Of a stretch of 64,000 nucleotides of DNA, positions 53,701-64,000 are shown one piece after another. The position numbers and the translations under genes are program-made. The notes beneath the pieces were generated by a model. That model saw nothing but the letters and a program-made list of their open reading frames with translations. It did no database searches and was not told the origin of the DNA. Origin of the DNA: Octopus sinensis (taxonomy: Eukaryota); contig NC_043002.1 of the NCBI RefSeq assembly GCF_006345805.1, forward strand, positions 16,244,001 through 16,308,000. Reading direction: 5' to 3'. Numbering within the stretch: position 1 is the first letter of the stretch; each line of letters opens with the position of its first letter.

Positions 53701-54044
53701 ACGTCAATAGGTTTTTTCCTCGGATTTTATAATTTTTATAAGTTTTTTTATATATATATCACATATATTTTTGACCTTTTTGTTTATCGCTCGAAGATTG
53801 ACCGTTTTTTCTAAAGGGCCAATCAAACAAGTCCATTTCTTTTTAAAGGTGTAGCGTTTGTAAGAGTATAGATTGATTGATATATCAGTTCCATTCTAGC
53901 AAAAACTGTCTGATGAACGGCAACGAGAACTCAGAGTAACAGATTTGTTGAATTTTCTGCTGCTTAAAATAAAGCATTACTCTACCACTGGTATTTGAGT
54001 ACTCTTTTTTCCACCTTGTTTCACATTTATGTGTTTACTCCGGT
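50734..54044 (+). mobile_element. Penelope-like retroelement, right arm (inverted copy of 47263-50586), ORF broken by many 1-bp indels
   Basis: Reverse-complement match to the left arm along its whole length; contains YRDDGL and the correct-frame SFKTRFYSHK. Confidence 0.93.
53902..53947 (+). ncRNA. Hammerhead motif in the right arm
   Basis: AAAACTGT-CTGATGA-ACGGCAACGA-GAAC-TCAGAG-TA-ACAGATTT. One core A is missing, possibly a sequencing error. Confidence 0.6.
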
Positions 54045-54097
54045 ATATATATATATATATATAATATATATATATATATTATATATATATAAACATA

Positions 54098-54235
54098 TAT
54101 ACGACTGGCTCTTTCAGTTTCCGTCTACCAAATCCACTCAGGAGGCTTTGGTCGGCCAGAGGCTATAGCAGAAGACACTTGCCCAAGATGCCACGCAGTG
54201 GTTGGTAAACAAGCTACTTACCACACAGCCATTCT
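54098..54235 (-). mobile_element. 5' half of the family A SINE split by the Penelope-like insertion
   Basis: Matches 10535-10695 with a short internal deletion; continues the half at 46965-47190 in the same orientation. Confidence 0.88.
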
Positions 54236-54614
54236 TGCTCATAGAATAATTAAAAATATAATAAGAATTGCTTAAAATTAATTGAAGTTTTCCATTGTTG
54301 ATAGAGACATTGACGTATTACGTGTATTGATCATAATTGGTGAGTTCAACACACAGTCACACACACGCACAAAAACACACACACAAAAAGATACAGATCC
54401 ACAAATACACATGCACACATACAGATACAAACGAACGCATATATGTGTGGATTTCTGTGTGTATATAATTATATTTATATGTGTGTGTGTGTGTGTGCGT
54501 GCGTGTGTGTCTATGTATGTGTATTTATATGTATGTATACATAGATATATGTATATCTATGTGTGTGTGTTGCTCGTTGCTACTAGTATTATTGTTGGTG
54601 CTACAATAGCTATA

Positions 54615-55540
54615 AGAAGAGGAGGAAGAAGAAGAAGAAGAAGATGATGATGAAGAAGAAGAAGAAGAAGAAGAAGAAGATGATGAAAAAGAAGAAGAAG
54701 ATGATGAAGAAGAAGATGATGATGAAGAAGAAGAAGAAGAAGAAGAAGATGATGAAGAAGAAGAAGATGATGATGAAGAAGATGATGATGAAGAAGATGA
54801 TGATGAAGAAGAAGAAGTAGAAGAAGAAAAAGAAGAAGAAGAAAAAGAAGAAGATGATGAAGAAGAAGAAGAAGATGATGAAGAAGAAGATGATGATGAA
54901 GAAGAAGAAGAAGAAGATGATGAAAAAGAAGAAGAAGATGATGAAGAAGAAGATGATGATGAAGAAGAAGAAGAAGAAGAAGAAGATGATGAAGAAGAAG
55001 AAGATGATGATGAAGAAGATGATGATGAAGAAGAAGAAGTAGAAGAAGAAAAAGAAGAAGAAGAAAAAGAAGAAGAAGAAGAAAAAGAAGAAGAAGAAGA
55101 AGAAGAAGAAGAAGAAGATGATGAAGAAGAAAAAGAAGAAGATGAAAAGAAGAAGAAGAAGAAGAAGAAAAAGAAGAAGGAGATGAAAAGAAGAAGAAGA
55201 AGAAGAGGAAGAAGAAAAAGAAGAAGAAGAAAAAGAAAAAGAAGATGAAGAAGAAGAAGGAGATGAAAAGAAGAAGAAGAAGAAGAAGAAGAAAAAGAAG
55301 AAGGAGATGAAAAGAAGAAGAAGAAGAAAAGAAAAAGAAGAGAAGAAAAGAAGAAGAAATGAAGAGAGAAAGATGAAAAGAAAAGAAGAAGAAGAAGGGG
55401 AGAGGAAAAGAAGAAGAAGAAGAAGAAGAAAAAGAGAAGAAAAAAAGAAGAAAGAAGAAGAAGAAGAAAAGAAGAAAAAGAAGAAGAAGAAAAGAAGAAA
55501 AGAAGAAGAAGAAGAAAAGAAGAGAAAGAAGAAGAAAAAG
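54615..55540. repeat. ~920-bp (GAA)n/(GAT)n purine-rich array
   Basis: Direct inspection. The poly-K/E/R ORFs are artefacts. Confidence 0.96.
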
Positions 55541-55721
55541 GACCGTTACAAAACTGATTGTAGCAATGACTCGATCAATTCCTAGGGAAGTCTGAAGAAG
55601 GAATTTTTGTATTCCGAAATATTAAATCAGACTATGGATGATTAAATTATAACATATTATGGTCCATCGTTGTTACTGTAGTCCATAATGGTGCCTTTCA
55701 AAACACATTACTTTTTTATAT

Positions 55722-55756
<35 letters not shown>

Positions 55757-55807
55757 CTTTGATACTTTGATAGGTTTCGGCCATTATTGGCCCAGGCCAT
55801 GTCTAAC

Positions 55808-55848
<41 letters not shown>

Positions 55849-55850
<2 letters not shown>

Positions 55851-56160
55851 GTGGCGCAATGGCCCAGTGGTTAGGGCAGCTGACTCGCGGTCGTAAGATC
55901 GCGGTTTCGATTCCCAGACCGGGCATTGTGAGTGTTTATTGAGCGAAAACACCTAAAAAGCTCCACGAGGCTCCGGCAGGGGTTGGTGGCGATCCCTGCT
56001 GTACTCTTTCGTCACAACTTTCTCTCACGCTTTCTTCTTCTGTTAGCCTGCTCGCTTAGCCAGTGGGGTAGTGTCATTTTAAGGCTAAAACAATGCGAAG
56101 CGCATTGTTACCAGCGATGTGTAGCAACATCCGATAGGCTAGTCGGTCACGGTGATCACA
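55849..56160 (+). mobile_element. tRNA-derived SINE, family C
   Basis: A/B boxes present; homologous to 58042-58325. Confidence 0.9.
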
Positions 56161-56194
56161 GTGATATATATATATATATACATATATACATATC

Positions 56195-56242
<48 letters not shown>

Positions 56243-56283
56243 TATATATATATGTATATATAAATACTTATATAATATACAGA

Positions 56284-56321
<38 letters not shown>

Positions 56322-56885
56322 GGTGTACATATATCATGTGTATATATACTTTTAGTTACCGCAGCAGCAGATGTATCTTACTCATTACAGAGAATTCCAA
56401 AGTACTGTTGAAGATACTATTTCGTTGCCCTGCTTGCCATTGCCGAGGTGAAAGAGCTGACAGAAAAGAACATTCACAAACGAAAAGGAAAACAGTAGCA
56501 ACATAAACCATTCACACTCACAGACAGAAGCCTGAACGGGCAGGTGAGTTCACAGCATATTATCATGCTATCACGGCAGACGCTAAAATATCCATTACTA
56601 TACATATCTCAAATTCTAAAATAGAAACCATAAAGACACAGTTAATGTGAAAAGAAAATATGCGAGCATTAATATGAGCAGAACCGAGACGGAACAATAT
56701 GTATATGAATAATAACAAAGTACAATGGCCGGCGTCATCGACCAAAGTATTGAAAATACCATCAATAACTGCAAACTGAAATAACCTCCAACAGATGCAG
56801 AGAAACACATGGCACCGAAAATGGTTAGTCGAAAAGATATTTTTACATAGCTCTGCTTATAAATTACCAAAAACACCTATCAAGT

Positions 56886-57225
56886 TATGGTGGTATTTAA
56901 AACTTTCTGGATAAGTTATATTTAATAAAATCATGATTTATTAACGTTACATATTAACGTAATTATTAACGTAATATATTTAATATCATCAGTTTCGAAA
57001 TAGTCACCTCGCTCAGCACTACAGTGGCTCTAGTGTACCTGTCACGTTTGGAACTTAGCCCGGAAGTCATTTTTCGTAACTGGGTCGAAGGGCTTCTACG
57101 ATTCGCTCTGGCTCTCGACAACGGCCTTAAAACGGCGGCCTTTGGGCTGCATTTACATCTCGGAGGAGAGGTGGAATCTGGCGAATAGGGCGGGTACAGA
57201 AGCAATATTATATTCCTTTAGGCGA
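56886..57225 (-). mobile_element. Mariner 3' relic
   Basis: LLYPPYSPD and FQT*QVH*SHCSAERGDYFE resemble the mariner C-terminus; TIR-like TATGGTGGTATTTAAAACTTTCTGGA at 56886. Confidence 0.7.
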
Positions 57226-58041
57226 GAATTATGCATATATATATTTACTTATATATATCGATATATAGATATGCATATGTATATGTATGTACGTAAGCAT
57301 ATACATATAGACATACACATATGATTACTCATTCGCGCACACTGACATATATGTGTGTGTCTGCGTGTATATGTGCGTGCATGTATGTATGCATTATATC
57401 ATTAAGCACAAAAAAAGAAAGAACATATTTTTTTTAACCACATCACGAAAAGCCAATCCATACTCACAGAGTAAGTAGTTATAAACATCGCATGAACATC
57501 TGTGAATACATGTGAACACCTGTGAAGAAACTTTGAAATGAGCTACGTTATCTTTGGTCTATCGTCAAATTTACGCAACGTTAGATATAATTTAGTGTTC
57601 ATTACACTTTTTATATCATTATATAACGCCACCCTAATAAAGTGATACAAACAATATATTCTTGAAAACTTTATATGAATAAATCATTAAAAAAGAACAT
57701 TTCGTAAGAATATTAACAAAACGAAATATAACTGATGTATATAAAAAAGATTCGAACAATATATTGATCGGTTACACCCCAACTCGCTGTGAAACGAGTG
57801 GAGTCTCAGATTTCGATATGCATGTGCATCACCTCATGCCGATGTATTGACTTCGCTATGTGATAGTTTTTGTCGTAGCTAAAACATAATTTCCGAAACT
57901 TAGATTACTAGAAATTGTGCTTAAATACCCAGATATGTACTGTAGCTACATGGAATTCTTATTTTCATGAAATCACCGAAAGCAATGTGTTTAAGATACA
58001 CAGCTCCTCTCTACTTAACTCAAACATACTATGTATATTAT

Positions 58042-58325
58042 GGAGGCGCAATGGCCCACTGGTTAGGGCAGCGGACTCGCGGTTGTAGGATCGTGGTTTC
58101 GATTCCCAGACCGGGCATTGAGAGTGTTTATTGAGCGAAAACACCTAAAGCTCCACGAGGCTGTACTGCTGTACTCTTTCGCTACAACTTCCTGTCAATT
58201 TTTCTCTGTTCACCTGCTTGCTTATCCAGCGGGGTGGCGTCATTTGAAGGCTAAAAGTTTGCGAAGCGCATTGTGACCAGGGAGTTGTAGCAACATCTGA
58301 TAGCCTGGTCGGTCACAGTGATCAC
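58042..58325 (+). mobile_element. tRNA-derived SINE, family C
   Basis: Homologous to 55849-56160. Confidence 0.88.
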
Positions 58326-58759
58326 AAGTGGGCTAGATTGTTAAAAAAGCGCTTGTACAGGGAAGTTTAAAGTCAATTTGTACTAATCGGTTTCACTCTG
58401 CCTGCTCTAGATTCGATACTATGGCAACAGTCCGGATACTTCATGAGATTACGTATTCATGTATGTGCGTATTATGCATGTATGTCTAATTATTTAAAAT
58501 TATAAATCGTCCACTGAAGAGGCAGCTGATTTCAAAAACAAAATACAAGGCTCCATCATTGTGATTTAGTTAACACCGACAAATTAACACGCAAATTTAT
58601 GTACATGTGCGGAGGTTTGTATGTGAGCGAAGGAGTCTGTTCTTGTACCTGAGCAGAAATATGTATACTCAGATGTCTGTTTATCTTTTACTGTTTGCCT
58701 ATATATTTTCCCTATTTTGATACAAGCTTGTTCAGGGTTTACTGCCTTATAGTCACATG

Positions 58760-59700
58760 TCATATGAACTGCCGTAGGTGCAATCTTCCAATGGAAACGC
58801 TGGCGACATTAATCTAAGACGTTTCCTGCATTGTACGCTAAAATATTAGGATAGGAATAGAGGTGTTTTTCTTCAATATAATCGGTCAAAGCAGGATAAG
58901 AAGATTTTTGCTTGCAATAATATTTTGCAATAGGCGAAAGTGAACTGTCAGAAGAGCTCCGCTATGTCTCCCAACTCCAGAGAAGGGCTCATAGAGTTTG
59001 ATGTAGAAGCTGTTTGTAGAATGTGGTCCAAAATGTACGCTAGATGCTGGATTTAACGTGGGCAGAAAATATTTAAATTTAGTAACTAGACCAATTGGCC
59101 GAAAATATTTGCTATATCTTAAACAAAAGAAATATAACGTTACCTATTCTTGTTGAATAATCTTCGCCTCTTTTGTCAACCAGCAGATTATGAAGATGTT
59201 AAATAAACCTAATGGTGTTTTTGACGAACGTAAATGTCATTTCAAAATCTCTAGACGTGCCCTTTGAATTGTAACTCCCCAATCAAAGGTGCTGCATATC
59301 GGTTCATGGAACATATTGACAACAGCTCTACATAAAAACAAAATTAATTATGTTACAGAAAACGACTTCAAAACACAGGTTACCTCAGACAAAAATTATT
59401 TCAAGTACTGAAAAAAAAGGTGGCTAGCTAACATGTACGACAATTAAAATAAGCTAATTCTCTCTCATTTGAAATACATTGGCTTATTTTGGAGAAATCT
59501 AGCTCTTTCTGACAAGGGTTGTACTAATATTCATGAGATTTCTGTTGATTATAACTATTTTATAAAATTCCGAATCAAATCTTCAACGAACGACAAAATA
59601 CAGCTTTTGAATTACTGTAGACACCGGTCGTCCTTTTTAGGCATAGACGGTCGATCCATATCAACTTCGGCAATCATTATCGATCTTTTAAAATGAGATA
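58760..59700 (+). pseudogene. Possible very old L1/Tx1-like ORF2 C-terminal relic
   Basis: Broken frames REGLIEFDVEAVCRMW, AYRF..NILTT and FIKFRIK loosely resemble LINE post-RT regions; many stop codons. Confidence 0.3.
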
Positions 59701-59809
59701 CAAGGTTTAAATACGTAACTCGGATTTTGTTGGGGCTTGCAATATGCTCCCAAACATTTTTGCCACAAAATTACTATGCCCAGGTATCTATCTATCTATC
59801 TATCTATCT

Positions 59810-60578
59810 AACAATTTCCGACCTGTGGGCTTATGTCGAACAACTGCTGTCACGTGTGGGACGAGTCGGTTTATCAGCTGAGTCTATCGTCAATATTGTC
59901 ACGCCTCCTTCCTTCAAACGGGAAGGAAGAGCTATTTTCATCATCCTTGTGGCTATGGCGAAAGAATGTATCTGGTGGACGCGTCTGAAAGGATTGGAGA
60001 CAAACACTTTCCTCTCTGGTCAATCTCTCATCAACTTCTTCAAGTACCACTTGAAAAGGAAAGTGAGAGTAGAGAGGCAAGTTTTGTCTAGCGAATGTTT
60101 TAAAAAAAGATGGGTGAATGTAGCAAGAATGGCACGTATGAATGACGAAGCCACCTTGAGCATAGTCGAAGCCACCTTGAGCATAGTCCTATGAACCCAG
60201 AAATCGAAAACAGAGAGTTGCTTATTTGCAAAAAAAAAAAAAAAAAAAAGAAATATAAAATGTGACTTCATTGACCGAGGTTACCGTGGTCTTTTCCGTA
60301 GGCTTTTCTTTCCACGGGTAAACCTCACCTGTCCTCCCCTTTACACTTCATATTGGCATTTCTGTGATAACGATCCCTATTGATCAATTTTTTTTTCCTC
60401 TCCCCCTTTTTTTTTTTTTTAACCCCCCCTTTTTTTTGTCCTCTTTCTCTCCTTTTACGATCCCTTTTGATCGAAACTCCCCCTTCCTTTTTCTTTTTTT
60501 TTTTTAAACCTTCAAAAGAAAAGCTCTACCTTGTAATTTGTTCTCTTTGTGTGCAGCCCTGTGTGGCTAATAAAGAAA
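59810..60578 (+). mobile_element. 5'-truncated L1/Tx1-like LINE end inserted in (TATC)n
   Basis: DLWAYVEQLL...ILVAMAKECIWWTR...FFKYHLKRKVRVER...FKKRW resembles the Tx1 ORF2 C-terminus. The 3' UTR ends AATAAAGAAA, and (TATC)n lies on both sides. Confidence 0.75.
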
Positions 60579-61500
<922 letters not shown>

Positions 61501-63599
61501 TGAATGAATGAAGTGTTTGATATTGCTTTACACTGTGAAGAAAGCTCTCGTAGCCAAATCACTTGCAGTGTGTTTAAATTTTTTATTGCTACCAAGTCAA
61601 TATCCAAGGTAAATTTGTATGATAATTTTCCGTAATTCTGTGGTTTTTATAGCACTTCTTGAATATAAGATGGTGAGATATTTCATGAAATTATATGGTA
61701 TTGAAATCTTAATTATGTGTATGACTTATATCATAAGACTCTCCCCAAAGTTAGCAGTTCGACTAAGAAGACCGATAGAAAAATTACGAGACTTAACAAA
61801 GAAATAAGTAGTGTGATAGATTCATTCGATTGAAACAAATTATTCACAGCAGTGCTCCAGCGTGACCGCGGTCACATGAATGAAACATGAAGATAAAAGG
61901 TAAAAAGATAACAGATATGTCAGCAGAAAAACCTGCCTATATTTTTTTCAATATAATAAATTTTGATTATGTGGATACGCGTTATGTGCATACTTACGTA
62001 TTCACATAGCGTTTGCCTGTTTGTGTGTGTATATGTGTGGCTGTGTTTGCGAGTGTTTGTGCGTGTATGCGTGTATGTATGTATTTATGTGTGGATGAAT
62101 GGAGGTTTGTAAGGATATAGGATCCGTATCATTTCTGTGAATATTCAAAGTAAAGTGATTAATGCTTTGTCTGTCTATTCAATAAAAATTCCTCATGAAT
62201 CAATGCATACTTTACCCTTCCACTCTCTCTCAATTGATCTGTATCTATTTACTGTCTTTCCTGTCTTTGTCTGTCAAAATTGCCCACACTATAACGCAGA
62301 CGTTCGTTCGTTGCGAGGTTTTATCATCTTAGATATAACAAATTTATACAAATGCAGGAAAGAGCGTACATAGAAAGACTACTTTGTCGAACGCAACTTT
62401 TAATCTAGGCATATAGATATAGGGAGATAAACTTATCTGATCTACGTGGATATATACAACAACATGTCTGCATTTAAATAATAAATAATGCAGTCCTATT
62501 CTTCTATGCTTATAGTGGGAAAGCAAAGTGAAAAACGTAATTTCAAATTCAGCAAAGTATACGACTTCAAAAGCCTGCTCGGAAATGCAGATGCACAACT
62601 GAATTCATAATATTTACATTTTGTGACTTGACCAAAGAGATATATTTGACGTCAGTGCAATTAAACTGTCAAAATAATGATCTACATGACAGTCAGTGAC
62701 ATTTATATTCCAGTGGATGCAAACGCCATTACGTATTACGTTGCATTTTGCAAGAACCCATAATTCCATATACAAAATATGTGCTTTTAACTTTATATCC
62801 TTTGATATTTTGTTCGAACGCTAGAATGTCTCTATTCTCTCTTTTGTTTTTATTTTTACACAACAAATATTCGTATGACATTTAAAGCATAGAATACAGT
62901 TCACTGAATGTCAAGAGAATAATAATAACTAAGAAATATAACATAAAAATGAGATTAACTCCTACATGTATATGCTCAATGAATAATGGGCTATGCTTCA
63001 AATATATTCTTCAAATCTGTTCTGAAACTTTGGTAATAAATAAGAGGAAAAGCAACATTAGTCTAATAATTTTTCAATAGAAAAACTTAGGCACTATAAG
63101 CATAAGGATCCATTATTCATATATGACCGATACCTATTTCCTCGGGGCACAACAATAGTGAAATGCTATCACATTAAATTTTGATTAGTTAACGCATATT
63201 AAGTGAAATAAATAATAATTACTGAAAGATGTCATATTCAATATGAACTTCAGGGTCATTTTCAAAACAATGTCAACTAAAAATCAATACCAAGACATAG
63301 ATTTGTTTAACAGTTATATTTTCTATTGAACTTCGATGACCACTTTACCAATGTAAGGATATCTATTACTTTGCTATAGACTCGTGGAAAATATTTGTGA
63401 TTGATTGAAATACCTGATTCAATGATTCTATATATTTGCACGTGTAATTCATTTTATCCAGAATACATGGATCATTGATCAAAAGGCTGTTAAGTATCTG
63501 TAAGAAAAGAAATATTTAGTATACATGCTTTGGTATGTACAAACGTAGCAAGCGTGGCAATAGCAGGAGCAGCAGAAACAACAGCACATGAAGTGAGTG

Positions 63600-63780
63600 T
63601 AGCAGCAGCAGCAGCAGCAGAAGCTGTAATTGTAGCGACAGCAGCAGCAGTATTAGTGGTAGTAGTAGTAGTAGTAGTGGTAGAGTTGTTGTTGTTGCTG
63701 ATGTTCTTATTCTTGTTTTTGTTGTAGAAGAGGAGGAGGTGATGCAGAGGTAGTAGTAGCAAGGATAGTCATAGTTTTAA

Positions 63781-63873
<93 letters not shown>

Positions 63874-63922
63874 AATCAGTAGTAGTAGTAGTAGCAGCAG
63901 CAGCAGCAGCAGCAGCAGTAGC

Positions 63923-63964
<42 letters not shown>

Positions 63965-63985
63965 TGTTGTATTAGTAGTAGTAAT
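63600..63985. repeat. Compound triplet array (GCA/GTA/GTT/TTA/TCA)
   Basis: Direct inspection. Confidence 0.95.
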
Positions 63986-64000
63986 ATATGGTGGGCCTTG

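Overview
AT-rich eukaryotic DNA saturated with microsatellites and transposons. The SINE families and (TA)n/(TAA)n load look like an Octopus (cephalopod) genome; this is recognition, not a search result. I could not identify any host gene: only a few unassigned exon-like segments are visible, and most short ORFs in the track are microsatellite artefacts. There are no prokaryotic features, rRNA, true tRNA or CRISPR. Four things stand out. (1) A 6.8-kb near-palindromic Penelope-like retroelement insertion (RT + GIY-YIG, two divergent arms, 47263-54044) sits inside the (TA)n tract of one split SINE, with a hammerhead ribozyme fold near each outer end. (2) Further hammerhead folds occur at 3535-3585, 8194-8240 and about 15.9-16.2 kb. 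(3) Five same-orientation R4/Dong-like RLE retrotransposons are stacked in one (TAA)n array (34.6-44.2 kb), with a possible sixth relic. (4) A Tx1-like LINE end sits in (TATC)n, so each retroelement class occupies its own microsatellite. The rest is mariner, maT and pogo relics, MITEs, a non-autonomous Helitron and modular tRNA-derived SINEs. Many single-base indels suggest long-read consensus error. Coordinates of degenerate elements are approximate.
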